DNA of 64,000 nt from an uncultured Planctomycetaceae bacterium (GTDB taxonomy: Bacteria; Planctomycetota; Planctomycetia; Pirellulales; PALSA-1355): positions 224,001 through 288,000 of the forward strand of contig CAWAUV010000008.1 of assembly GCA_963785305.1 (NCBI GenBank). Reading direction: 5' to 3'. Positions 1 to 12,334 of the stretch are shown here, in pieces. Within the stretch, counting starts at the first letter, position 1; the number at the start of each line of letters is the position of its first letter. The position numbers and the translations under genes were made by a program. The notes beneath the pieces were generated by a model that saw nothing but the letters and a program-made list of their open reading frames with translations, did not search any database and was not told the origin of the DNA.

Positions 1-537
1 CACGCCCCACTGCCCGCCAAAGGTCCATTTGATGCTTTCGGGCGACGCCCATTTGCCGTCGGCCGAGTAACCCCAGTAGACACGGAGGGTCGTCGTGCCG
101 CCTTTTTCATCGAACTTGCGATAAGTATTCACGGAAAACTCGGCGATCCCCGCCGGCGTGTCGATCTTTTCGATGACCGGCGAGCCGAGCGCCTGGAAGC
201 CCACCGAAGGGTAGCAATGTTCGGGAGTGTGGTTGCAAATCTGGCCCGGGCGCCCGAAGAGGAGGAACATGGACAGCGATTCTTTTTTCGCGTCGCGATA
301 GATGCGCGTAATACTGTCGATCGCGCCGGCGGTCTTAAGAATTTTCGGATCTTGCTCTTCACCGACTTCTCCACTCCATTCGCCGAATCGGAAGGGCACG
401 CGTTCCACGCGACCCGCCATATTGCCGAGGTCGTCGTGCGTGGTCCAGCGCTCGGACCAGCGGCCCTGTACATAGGTCACGACTCCGAGCAGCAGGAGCC
501 CGGCGATAATCGGCGCTTGGGTTTTAAATTTCATCAT
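1..537 (-). CDS. Exosortase-associated EpsI-family protein (runs off the window at its 3' end)
   Basis: Manual translation from ATG at 537: MMKFKTQAPIIAGLLLLGVVTYVQGRWSERW...NHTPEHCYPSVGF...RVYWGYSADGKW. N-terminal TM helix and HTPExCY motif; downstream of exosortase and Wzc. Not in the ORF track. Confidence 0.75.
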   Translation of the reverse strand, partial: MMKFKTQAPIIAGLLLLGVVTYVQGRWSERWTTHDDLGNMAGRVERVPFRFGEWSGEVGEEQDPKILKTAGAIDSITRIYRDAKKESLSMFLLFGRPGQICNHTPEHCYPSVGFQALGSPVIEKIDTPAGIAEFSVNTYRKFDEKGGTTTLRVYWGYSADGKWASPESIKWTFGGQWGV

Positions 538-676
538 GATCTTTTTGGGGCGAATTCAAGAAAATGGGGCGCTGCCGACAATGAGGCGCCGCGGACAATT
601 TGGAGAAATGCGATACAAATGAACTCGATAACCGGCGGACCTCGGCGCCGGAGCATCGCTCCGATGACGAGTTCGT

Positions 677-2958
677 TTAATTGTCTTCGAGCAAAGGCGA
701 TTCCATAGGGTGCGAGGAGCCGATGTTCTCGTCCACGCCGTTGACCACCGCGCCCAAGACGTTGATACCCACGCTGCGTAGGCGTTCCGAGGCCTCGAAC
801 ACGCGGGGCACCTGGGTCACATCGCGAAGCACGGAGAGGATCGTCGTGTCGACATGTTGTCCCAAGAGGAGCGGGTCGGCCACCTTGAGCACCGGGGCCG
901 AGTCGATGATGACGAACTCGAAGTGATCGCGCCAAGCGGCGGCGGCCTGGGCGAGCGCTTCGCCCGAAAGCGCTTGCACGCTGCGAACATCGGACCGACC
1001 GGCCGGAAGCACCCATAGATTGGCGCTGCGAGTCGGATGCACGGCGGCTTCGCCATCGATCTGGCCGCGGAGCAGTTCGCACAAGCCAGGCTCTTGGGGA
1101 AGTTCGAACACGCGATGGGCCGCGGGGTTTCGCAGGTCGCCATCGACGAGCAGCGTTCGGCGTCCGCAGCGGGCCAAACTGGCGGCCAACTGGCTGGCCA
1201 CCGTGGTCTTGCCTTCGCGCGAGTCAGCGCTGGTCACGAGCACCACGCGCGGCGAGTCGACGAGCGTGGTGTGAATGAGCGTGGCGCGAATGCTGTCGAC
1301 CGACTCGGCGAGCAGCCCATGCAGCCGGCTTTGGCCGCCCTTGGAATCTTTCATTTTCCGCCACAGGCGGCCAGACATTTGCGGCAGCCGACCGAGCACC
1401 TGCAAGCCGAGGCCCTCTTGCATTTCGCGGGGCGAATTCAGGCGGCGCGATTGGAATTCCAGGAAAGCCACGCCTCCCAAGGCGGCGCCGAAGCCGAAAA
1501 CGCCGGCGCAGGCCACGCCCAGCATCTTGCGAGCGGAGTCGGAACTCGAGGGCGCGATCGCATTTTCGATCAGCGTGATTCGCTGCGGGGCGAACAACTC
1601 GATTTCCTTCTGCTTGAGATCGTAGCCCATTTGTCGCGTGAGCGACTGGATTTCTTCCAGTTCCGAGCGACGTGTTTCGAGATCGGCCGAGAATTGTTCG
1701 AGCTTCTGCACTTCCTCGAACTGCTTGCCAATGGCGAGGGTCGACTCCTCGCTCATCGCCATCTGGGCCTGCCGCTCGATTTCAAGCAGCGGTAGCGAGA
1801 GCGGCGAGCCTTCGTGGCTGCCGGGCATGGAGGTGAACTGCTCGATCAGCGAAGGTCGGAGGTCGGCCTTGCGTTCGTCGATTTCGTCGACGAGCGCCTC
1901 GATCCGACTTTTAAGCCGCACAAGCCGGGATAGTGCTTATTGGTGACGTTGCGCTTCGCCGGCCACCAATTCGCGGAGCAGCATCAGCCGCTGGGTGAGT
2001 TGCGCGATGTGGGGATCGCGGTTGAATTCGGACTCCAGCATATAGTCTGGAATCTTGATATCCTTGCTGCTCTCGATCCGTTTCTTGACGAGCAGGATTT
2101 TGAGATCGAGGTCGCGAATCCGCTCTTCGATCGCGTTGCGCTGATGAATCAGAAGTTGCAAATGCTCGAGCGCCAAGTGCCGCTTGAGCTGGGCGGTTTC
2201 GCTGCTGCTGGTGCCGAGCTGCTTGGCCAATAGATACAGCGAACTGAGCTTGGCGCGAATTTCCTCGCGATTCTTCTGATAGCTTTGTTCGAGCGTGTCG
2301 TGGCTGCGCAGCTTTTCTTGACGCTCGGCGTCGACCACTTCGGTCATGTATGCGTCTTTGACGGCATTGACGATCTTGACGAGCTCGTCGGGATGCTCGC
2401 CGCGCATCGACACCTTCATGATTTCCGCGTCGTGCGGAAAGTCGACCGCGATCGAGCGCTCGAGCACTCCAACCGGATCGTCGTTCAACTGCGCCAACAT
2501 CGGCAATCGCGAAATCTCGGCGTTGCGAAGCGTGGCCGTGAGCACGAAGTGGCTCTTGAGCAGCGCGGCCTGGGTGCGTTTGTAAGTGTTGAAATCAATT
2601 TCGCCACCGCTGCTTTCAAAGAACTTTTCCTGCCGAGCCGCCACGCGCAGCGGCGCCGAGACTTCATACCGCACCGGAACCGTGAACCACACCAGCGCCG
2701 CCCCCGCCGACGCGAGCACGAGCCCCAGGCCCAAGGCTTGCAACCAGCGGCGCCGCAACGAGTGGTACAATTCGACAGGAGTCGCCGAGGCGGTCAGAAT
2801 CGCCGGCCGCGACTGCGATGGGGTGATCCAATCGGCGCTCGGCGCCGCCACGAGCGCGCGAGTCGCCACGGGCGCGACGCCCCGCCGCGTCCGACGGCGC
2901 TGTCGGCGCCCGTGTCGCTCGAAGAGGGCTCGAAAGGGAACGATTCGGTGTCACTCAT
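677..2958 (-). CDS. Wzc-like polysaccharide chain-length determinant / BY-kinase (apparent frameshifts near 2870 and 1925)
   Basis: ORFs 1937-2869 (TM plus coiled coil) and 677-1921 (TM, Walker A-like SREGKTT, LLVDGDLR, IIDSAP) form one colinear protein; likely start MSDTESF at 2958. Confidence 0.85.
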
Positions 2959-3222
2959 ACCACACAGGCCCCAGGGTTCCACGTAATCCGTTTACTCGCG
3001 CCAAAAGCACTTCGCCCCATGTTTCGGTTCGACGAATCCCGAACCCCGCTTCCTGCAAGGCAACCGCTGGGCCAACTCGCTTCGCAAACTTCCGCGTCGT
3101 CCGAAGTCCCTGGCTCGACGCGAGTTGCTTGATCTGGTTCCATGCCGTTTCCCGTCCGTTGGTTGGCAAAAAAAGACATTTCCGCAAGCGAATGTCGACT
3201 TTCGGCAACAGTCGCGTTTGTT

Positions 3223-4493
3223 TCATGCTCGCGGGCCCCAATTCTTTGGCCGCGATAGCCGTCTGGTTTGGCCCGTTGTCAACCTCGCGCTCACCGGCTC
3301 GCGCTCGCGCCGCGGGGCGACGAAGTCGGGCGCCGTAAGCTCGACATCTTCGACCTCGATAAAGAGATTCGCCAGGATTCGTGATTCGATATACAGCAGC
3401 AGCAAGGCGGCCGGCATCATGAAATAGCCGGCCCAGTCGTGGAAAAAATGATCGGCGAAGTCTTGGGAAACAGCGAGCCCCAAAAACGAAAACCCGCTTT
3501 CGGCCAAATGCTTCATCACGCCGGTGATGGTAATGCGAATCACATTGACGCTCAGCGCAATCGGCGCCGCGCTCGCCACGATCGCCAACCGCTCCCAAAG
3601 CGGCCGTTCCATGAAAACCGCGATCACGGCCGACACCGCAAGAAAAATCGTGAGCATTCGCAAGCCGCTGCACTGCTCGGCCACGTTCATGGGCACGGTG
3701 CCGGCGCCGATCCAAATCTGATTCCCTTCACGCACGATCGGCAGTCCGACGGTTTCGAGCAGATACACGCTCGATGACGTGGCCCATTGCTGGAGCGGCT
3801 CCATCGACGCGCACCGCGCGAATTCGGGCAGGGGAAATAGCAGCAACAAGATCGCCACGGCAGGCCAACTCCAACGGAGCCCCTGCCAGCCGTACATGAT
3901 CAAGAACACGCCGGCGATCGAAACCACGAATCCATAATTGCTCGGCCAAGTCGCCGAATGCCACGTACACCAAAGCCGCACGGCGCTTGCCAGGGCCACA
4001 AGCCCGACACCCCACCACCGCCCGGTGACGTTCCGCGGCAGATCGAAATCGGGGCGGGCCAGCAGCATGCCGCCCGACACCCCGGCGCAAATCCCGGCCA
4101 GCAGCATGTAAGAATCGACCGGGCCTGCCTCGATGCCCAATTGGCGAGGCCGAGCAGCAACGCCGAAACCGAGAGCAGCGCCATGCCCGCGTAGTCGAGC
4201 TTGGAAGAGATTTGAGACGGGGCCTGGGAAGCGGCGGCGGGAACGTCGGCCGCGCTCTTCGCCGAAGTCGCGCCGGCATTCGGGTCCCACTGGCCAGTCA
4301 GGCGGCGATGGCCAAGCAGCAGCAGGGCAAAGAACGGAATCAAGTAGCCGTGAGAATATTCGGGGCTTTCCCAGATCGATCCGAGGAAGCTGATGTCGTT
4401 CCAGTGCGCGATAATCAGCGCGAGAACCAGCACGATGCACCATCCCAAGAACCGTTGGGAAGGTTGCCGCACGACTTTGGATTGCTGCGCCAT
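3223..4493 (-). CDS. Exosortase/archaeosortase family protein (frameshift near 4110)
   Basis: N-terminal W..PEYSHGYLIP; catalytic Cys-Arg-His motifs EQCSGLRML, NVIRI, FFHDWAG; multiple TM helices. Confidence 0.88.
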
Positions 4494-5337
4494 TTTGCGT
4501 TTTCCAGGAGCACTGGGGATGTCGGGTCGAGTCAGTGGCGTCTCATCAACCGGGGGGCGTCTAAAAATCACGCGGCGCCGTTCAGCTTCGTTGCGGCGCT
4601 ATCAAATAACAAGATGCCAAATGGCGAGCATTTCCAGCACGCGATCGCTTGCGTATCAGCTATAAGACGGGTGATGGGGAGGCAGCGCTTCTTGGTAAAA
4701 GGCGCCCGCTGAATCGTTTCGATCGATGGGGTCACTCGACCTCGGACGCGAATCGGTCTGGCCAGGATGTTCCCAGGAAACATGCCACGCGTCGGGGGCC
4801 TATAGGCGGAATGAAGCCGCCCTCATTGGCGGCGAAGCCGATGGCCACACGGTCGCATCGCGTAACATCCAAAATAGACACGGCCGAGAGAACTGTCAAA
4901 CATTCAGCCGTTTCAAAATCAAATTCTCATCAATGCTGGCGCTCGCGCCAACCGGCGCGGCCGGCATCGTTCGCAATTCTTGCCTCGCTTGACTTTTTTG
5001 AGCTCCGCCGAGGGGGGGCGAGCGAGAATCCCCTTCTTTGGGCGCAGTGTGACAGCCGCGCCCGTCCAGAGCATTGCCGGAGGTCGAACCGACGCGATAT
5101 CGGCCGCAAGGCATTCAAAAGAAATCACTTATCGTGGATGGACCGCCCGCGATTCCGCAGCCCGGGCGGTGGCCGCCGAGTCAGCGAATCCAGCGGCGCG
5201 GCGAGATTCAGGCCAAAGATTCGCGGCGGTTTTGCCGATGACTATGCCAGTTCCAAATGCGCGGATTGGGTTGACTTTGCGGGCAGCGCTACCCCGATAT
5301 TGCAAAGCAAAGTCGCTTTAAGGCAAACCTGTTGAGC

Positions 5338-6427
5338 ATGCACGGCACTATCCCTCGTCGTTACCACGCGATTCTCGCGGCGCTGCTTGCAGCCATCGCG
5401 CTGGTCGTTGGTTGCCAACGCATGACCTTGCGCGGCCAGCAGCCCACGATCGCGGGTTATCCCTATGCCGGGCAAGGGGTTCAGGAGTGGGCGCGAAGCG
5501 TGCCCACGGAAAAAGACAAAACGACGCTGCCGACCTACATGATCGAGCCGCCTGACATTCTGTTGATCGATGCGGTGAAGGTGATTCCGAAGTCGCCCTA
5601 CCACATCGAGCCGCTCGATTTGTTGCAAATCATTGTCGTGGGCACTCTGGCCGACCAGCCGATCACCGGCCAGTTTCCAGTGGATCCGAGCGGCGAGGTC
5701 GAGCTCGGGCCCACCTATCGGCTCGGTGCGCGTGGCCAAGCTCACGGTCGACGAGGCCCAGGCGGCGATCGACAAGCATCTGCGTCGCATTTTGCGAAAT
5801 CCCGAAGTTTCCGTCACGCTCTCGCAATCGTCGGGACAGCAAGAAATCGCGGGCGAACATTTGGTCGGACCCGACGGCTCGGTGAACCTCGGCTCCTACG
5901 GTTCGGTGTATGTGTCGGGCATGACGCTCGACGAAGCCCAGGCCGCGATCATCAGGCGGCTGGAGGATTTCTTGGAAGATCCGAAGATCGCCATTGATGT
6001 GCTGGCCTACAACAGCAAGGTCTTCTACATCATCACCGAAGGCGCCGGCCTAGGCGATAGCGTGGTGCGCGTGCCGGCCACGGGCAATGAAACCGTGCTC
6101 GACGCGGTCGCCCAGATCAATGGGCTCAGCCGTCTGTCGAGCAAGGATGTGTGGATTGCGCGGCCGGCGCCCGGCGGCATCGGCTGCGATCAGATACTGC
6201 CGGTCAATTGGCGCGAGATCGTGTCGGGCGGCGCCACGGCCACGAACTATCAGGTGCTACCGGGCGATCGCGTGTTTATCGCCGAAAACAAATGGGTGCA
6301 TTTCGACACGGTGGTGGCGACGATCCTCCAACCGGTCAATCAGATGTTCGGCACGGCGGCACTGGGTATAAACAAGGCGCAGGCGGTAAGGCGCTTTCCC
6401 AACGGCTATGCCGGCGGTATTCCTTGA
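5338..6427 (+). CDS. Polysaccharide biosynthesis/export (Wza-like, SLBB) lipoprotein (frameshift near 5720)
   Basis: Lipobox LVVGC; PTYMIEPPDIL, duplicated export repeats (VGPDGSVNLGSYGSVYVSGMT), GNETVLDAVAQING, NYQVLPGDRVFI. Confidence 0.85.
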
Positions 6428-6471
6428 TGTTTCGCTTGAGCGCGGCGTGAGGCGCCGCCGCCGCGCACGGC

Positions 6472-6543
6472 TAAGAGCCTATCCGAGAACTTCGGCGAGC
6501 CCTCGACCTACCCACTCCGATCCGGGGAATGGGCAGTTGTCGG
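6472..6543. repeat. Degenerate copy of a ~80 bp MITE/REP-like element (GAGCCTATCCGA ends)
   Basis: TAAGAGCCTATCCGAGAACTTCGGCGAGCCCTCGACCTACCC aligns with copies at 15671 and 48637. Confidence 0.65.
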
Positions 6544-6665
6544 CTTGCCCGGCTCATCGTCGGGGTTCTACAATAGCGGTGTGCTGCTTGGTTTGAGCGA
6601 GTTGGTCGCGGTGGCGCCAGCAAGTTTTGTCTTGGGCGGTCTCTTTTTCGAGGAGAACATGAACC

Positions 6666-7053
6666 ATGGACGCGAAACGGATCGTGGCAACGCTCGCGGG
6701 CGGCTTGATGGCGGTCGGCCTGGCATCCTCCGTCGGCGCCGCGGGCTCAGGGCCCTGATTTCGGCCCGAGCAACGAACGGCCGGCGGTGAGTCCGTATTT
6801 GAATCTGCTCGACCAGGGCTACGCACTGTCGGGTATCTCGCCCTATCAAACCCTGGTCCGGCCGATGGTCGAGCAAAACGAAGCGACAACCCAGCAGCAG
6901 GCGCAAATTCAGCAATTGCAGCGCTCGCAGCGCGCCGGCGCGGGCTACGGCAGCCTGCGGGGCACGGGCGGCGCGGTGCGGGCCACCGGCCACGCCACCC
7001 GCTTCTTCAACTATTCGCACTACTACGCGCTGCGCGCGACGAACGCGCGGTGA
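6666..7053 (+). CDS. Small secreted hypothetical protein (frameshifted)
   Basis: RBS GAGGAG; signal-like MDAKRIVATLAGGLMAVGLASS, continuing into RPAVSPYLNLL...YQTLVRP...TGHATRFFNYSHYY. Confidence 0.6.
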
Positions 7054-7300
7054 AACAAACGCGCGTCCATTCGGCTCGTTGCTTTAGGGCGATTGCCGAC
7101 ATTGGTAGCTCGACCGCTCCAGGTGTGCTATTCTCTCGGGCACGCCCGTGCGCAACCGTTGTGTTGTTTGCTTGCCGCATCGCTTGCCCGACGGGGTCAT
7201 CCGGCCACGATCTCGCGGCCAGTTGCGCTGGATCGGGCGAGGCGGAATCTTCGTTTCGTGGCGATTCTTTTCCGTTGTATCGCGTGGGGAGAGGGATTAC

Positions 7301-8706
7301 ATGATAGCCGCGGCCTTGCCGTCCGAACCTCCGCCGCGCTCCGCGCCGCCGCTGCCCCTGGGGTTGAACATCAAACTTTCGGTGATGATGTTCTTGCAAT
7401 ATGCGATTTGGGGCGCTTGGCTCCCGCTGTTCTTCACCTTCGTCACGAAGCATCGCCATCTCGCTCCCGCCCAGGCGGGAACGCTTTTTTCCATCGCCGC
7501 CGTCGGCGCCCTCTTGGCGCCGTTTCTGGCCGGGCAACTCGCCGACCGCTTTCTCAACACGGAAAAGTTCCTCGGGCTCAGTCACTTGGTCGGCGCGGGA
7601 CTTGTCTGGGGACTGGGGTCGGCCGAAAGTTATGCGGGGCTCGTGGCCTACGGGCTCGCGTATTCCGTGGCCTTCGCCCCGACGCTCTCGCTCACGAATT
7701 CCCTCGCCTTTCATCATCTACCCGACCGCGATCGCGACTTCGGTCGGGTGCGACTCTGGGGCACCATCGGTTGGATCGCCGTCGGCATCGGCATGGGGCA
7801 GTACCTGCTCCACTACCACACGCCCGAGGGATCGAAGGAGACGCAAGTTCTGGCGCAAGCGGCCGGCATGGGCGAAGCCTTTCGATTGGCCGCGTTGCTG
7901 AGCGTGGCGCTCGGGCTGTTTTGCTTTTTTCTGCCGGCCACCCCGCCGCAAAAGGGCGAATCGAAATTCGCCACAGGCGAAGCGATGCGCGAGGTGGTGC
8001 GACAGCCGCTGCTCGCGCTCTTTCTCATCGCGTTTCCGATCGGCGTCATCCACGACTATTACTATGTGCTCACCGCCGACTTCCTCGGCAGTCTCGAAAG
8101 TTCCGGCTCGGCCACGGCGGTCGCTTGGGAGCGAGCAATCAATAGCGTGTTCGGCGTCGGCGGCGTCGGGCTCATGACCCTGGGCCAGATCGCCGAGATC
8201 GCGGTGCTGGGCGCCATGCCGCTCGTGGCCAAGCGACTTTCGCGCAAGACACTGCTTTCCATCGGCGTGGCGGCTTATGCCGTGCGGTTCGCTGTCTTCG
8301 CCTACTGGCCGACGCTGCCGGCGCTTGTGCCCGCCCTGATGTTGCATGGCCTGTGCTTCGGCTGTTTCTATTTCATCGCCTTCATGGTCGTCGATGAAAA
8401 CACGACGCACGATGTGCGGGCCAGCGCGAAACGCTCTTCAATTTCCTTGAAATTGGTGTCGGCACGATTATCGGTCACTATGTCTCCGGCTGGATGGCGA
8501 ACCGCGCGAAAATGCCCGATGGCCACACCGACTATGGCTTCGTGTTCGGCGTGCCGATGTGGGTCGCCATCGGCTGTTTCGTGGCGATGCTGCTCTTCTA
8601 TCCAAGCACGCCTCGCCCGATGGCAGCATCGTCGCGCTTGATCGCGCGATGCGGCGCCCCTCGCATCGCGAGCGCCGCCGCTCGTGCTTTGTCACGGCTG
8701 CAATGA
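7301..8706 (+). CDS. MFS nucleoside:H+ symporter family transporter (frameshift near 8430)
   Basis: KLSVMMFLQYAIWGAW, GQLADRF, FGRVRLWGTIGW, TLGQIAE, LHGLCFG are NupG/XapB/YegT-type motifs. Confidence 0.85.
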
Positions 8707-8722
8707 TGGATTGGATTCGTTC

Positions 8723-8814
8723 CGCGTGTCATGCCCACGGCTCCGCGTGGGCATGAGGACTTCGCGTGGCGCTTGAAAACATGCCCACTCAAGGCAGTGG
8801 GCATGGCACACGCG
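8723..8814. repeat. Composite REP-like palindrome between convergent genes
   Basis: Two CATGCCCAC...GTGGGCATG hairpins nested in an outer CGCGTG...CACGCG inverted repeat. Confidence 0.7.
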
Positions 8815-8852
8815 CAAACCGAATTATCCATCATTTCAGCCGTGAACGAGCA

Positions 8853-11800
8853 CTAGTGAAAATCACGCGATCGAGCCGCCAGTTCCGGCAGCAGGGCCGA
8901 AAGGTCTTCGAGCCGACTCGCCAGCACATGAATCACTTGCTCCGCGATTTGCAGCCTGCCGGTGGCGAGCAGCACCGCGGCGCCGCGGGCAGCGCGGTAA
9001 TCACGCCGCCAAACCTCGGGCCGCACAATCAAGTTGATCGCTCCGGTTTCGTCTTCCAATGTGACGAACGTAATGCCCCGCGCCGTGCTGGGCCGTTGCC
9101 GAAGCAGCACGACGCCGGCCACTTTCACCAGCCGGCCCGAACGCAAACTTTCCAGCCGTTCGCCGGGCGTCACATCCATCGCATCGAGCGCTGCCCGGTG
9201 AAATGAGATCGGGTGCGGGCGGAGCGAAAGACCGGTCGTGCGATAGTCGGCCAGCACCTCTTGTTCCGCGGGCATCGTGGGCAATCCGGCCAGCGGATCG
9301 TCTTCGGCCGCGAGAACATCGAACAGCGGTCGCGGGGCGGCGGAGCGCGACCGCGGCTCTTGGCCAAGCGCTTGCCAGAGCGACTGGCGCCGATCGAGCC
9401 CCAGCGAACCGCAAGCGTCGGCCCGGGCGAGCCGCGCGAGCACCGCGCGGCCGAGTCGCGCGCGCCGAGCCAAGTCGTCGAGCGAACGCAGCGGCCCCGC
9501 GCGGCGAGCGCGAACAATCGCCCGCGAGTCTTCTTCGGCCAAGCCGCTCGCGAGCCGCAGTCCCAAGCGGAGCGCGACGCCGCCGGCCGAATCGTCGGGC
9601 TCGAGCGTGCAGTCCCAATCGCTCTGGTTCACGTCGATCGGCCGAATCTCGACGCCATGTTCGCGCGCATTGCGAATCAATTGGGCCGGAGCATAAAACC
9701 CCATCGGCTGGCTGTTGATGAGCGCCGCCGCGAACGCCGCCGGATAATGACACTTGAGCCAAGCCGACACATACACCAAGAGGGCGAAGCTCGCGGCGTG
9801 CGACTCGGGAAAGCCATATTCGCCAAAACCGCGAATCTGCATGAACGCTTGCTCGGCGAATTCTTGGCTCAGGCCCCGGGCCAACATGCCGGCGAACATC
9901 CGCTGGCGAAACTGCTCGATCACTCCGGTGCGCCGCCAAGCGCCCATCGCGCGGCGCAAGGCATCGGCCTCGCCGGGCGTGAATCCGGCGGCCACCACCG
10001 CCAGCCGCATGGCTTGCTCCTGAAACAGCGGCACTCCGAGAGTCTTGGCCAGCACCTCGCGCACGGCGTCGTTGGGGTAGCTGGCGGCCTCGGCTCCCGA
10101 GCGACGACGCAAATAGGGATGCACCATGTTGCCCTGGATCGGCCCGGGCCGCACGATCGCCACCTCGATCACGAGGTCGTAAAACTCGCGCGGACGGAGC
10201 CGCGGCAACATGCTCATTTGGGCGCGGCTTTCGATCTGAAACACGCCCATCGTGTCGGCCGCGCAAATCATGTCGTACACCGCCGGGTCTTCCGCTGGCA
10301 CGGTGGCTAGCGAAAGCGGCCGGCCATGCGCCTGTTCGACGAGCTCGAAGCATTTGCGAATCGCCGTGAGCATGCCGAGCGATAGGCAATCGACCTTGAG
10401 AATGCCGAGCTCGTCGAGATCGTCCTTGTCCCATTCGACCACGGTGCGGTCGGGCATCGCCGCGTTTTCGATCGGCATGAGCTCGCAGAGGGGGCCGCGC
10501 GTGATCACCATGCCGCCGACATGTTGCCCCAAGTGACGCGGAAAGCCGAGCAGTTCATGCACCAGCCCCAACAGCCTCCGGCCGAGCGACGACTCGGGTT
10601 CGAGCCCCGACTCGCGGAGCCGAAGCTCGAGGTCGCCGCTGCCATCGAGCGTCTTGGCCAGGGCGTCGATCCGGTCGAGCGACAGGCCGAGCGCCTTGCC
10701 CACATCGCGCACCGCCGAGCGAGTGCGATAGGTAATGACCTCGGCGGTGATGCCGGCCCGATCGCGGCCGTATTTGTCGTAGATGTATTGCAGCACCTCT
10801 TCGCGCCGCTCGTGTTCGAAGTCGACATCGATATCCGGCGCTTCGTCGCGCTCGCGGCTCACGAATCGCTCGAAGAGCATATCCATTCGCTCGGGATCCA
10901 CGCTCGTGACGCCCAGGCAATAACACACCGCGGAGTTGGCCGCCGAGCCGCGCCCCTGGCAGAGAATGCCGCGAGCGCGGGCAAATCGCACCAGATCGTG
11001 GACGGTGAGGAAATACGCTTCGTAGCGCAAGTCGGCGATCAGCGCCAGCTCGTGCTCGATGAGCCCTTGGACTTTGGCCGGAACGCCCGCCGGATACCGC
11101 CGCGCGGCGCCTTGCCAAGTGAGCCGACGGAGATAGTCGAGTGGCGTTTCGCCCGGCGGGGCGAGCTCCTCGGGATATTCATAGCGCAGTTCGTCGAGCG
11201 AGAAATGGATTTGGGCGGCGATGTCGAGCGAATGAGCCAGCGCCTCGGCGCGCGGGCAAATCGCCGCGCCATCTCGGCGGGCGACTTCAAATATCGCTCG
11301 CCGTTGGGAAAGAGCGCCGCGCCCACGGTGTCGATCGTTTGGCCGAGTCGAATGGCCGTGAGCGTGTCTTGCAGCGGCAGACGCGCGCGGCAGTGGTAAT
11401 GCACATCGCCAGCGGCCACGAGCGGCATGTTGACGCGGCGAGCCAGCGCCGTGAAGCGATCGAGACGACTGGCGTCGCTTGGCCCGAGCGAGATCTCGGC
11501 CACGAGATAGCAGCCAGCGCCGAAAATCTCGCGGTAGCGACCCAGGGCCTCGAGCTGCGCGGGGCTTTCCGGGTCGGGATCGGCCAGGAGCGCGCCGGCC
11601 AGCAGCCCCTCGGAGGCCGACGCCAGATCGGCCACTTCCAGGTGGAATTGACCCTTGGGCGCCCGGCGTCGTCCGAGCGTGATCAGCCGCGCGAGCCGGC
11701 CATAGGCGGCACGGTCCTTGGGCCATGCTAGCAGCGGCGGAGCCTCGCGGGGCGTGAGCTCGGCGCCGATCACGAGCGGGAGTCCCACCTGTTTGGCGGC

Positions 11801-12094
11801 GCCATGCGCCCGCACCACTCCGGCCAAGCTATTGCGATCCGTGATGGCTAAAGCCCGATAGCCGAGCTCCGCGGCCCGAGCGACCAACTCATCGGGATGC
11901 GAAGCGCCTTCGAGAAAACTGAAATTGGTTTTGCAGTGGAGCTCGGCGTAGGAGGGCGTGGTTTTAACGGGGCAATTCGCGGAGCAAAGGGTCGCCTCGC
12001 TCGCCGCCGGGTTATTAAGCTCGGGTTGAATCGGCTGGGGCCGCAGTCGGGGAACCAGCGGCGGACGTTTTTTGGAAGGAGGCAATTCGGGCAT
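8853..12094 (-). CDS. dnaE2: Error-prone DNA polymerase DnaE2 (ImuC) (frameshift near 11250)
   Basis: PHP YAELHCKTNFSFLEGASHP, GRGSAANS, PDIDVDFEHERREEV, PRHLGQHVGG, FPESHAASFA, and the DnaE2-type C-terminus SRDFH. Confidence 0.93.
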
Positions 12095-12162
12095 GGCAAA
12101 CCTCTCTCAAGACGCCGACGACGATGCGCGGGGAGTAGGCAGCGGCTCGGGCCGCGGGATAT

Positions 12163-12178
12163 GTGTACATTTATACAC
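12163..12178. promoter_or_regulatory. Candidate LexA-type operator upstream of dnaE2
   Basis: Imperfect palindrome GTGTAC-ATTT-ATACAC in an AT-rich patch ~70 bp upstream of the dnaE2 start. Confidence 0.5.
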
Positions 12179-12334
12179 TTATCCCGCCATTCTAGTGGCC
12201 GGGCGCCAGCAATGCTAGCGGCGTCAAACTCGGAGTGATCGTTAAAGTCTTCCTGGCTTGCCGTCGATTCTAAGGAACGACTGTCGCGCTCTCTTTATCG
12301 AGAGCGTCAACGCGGGTCGGACCACGTTTTCACC

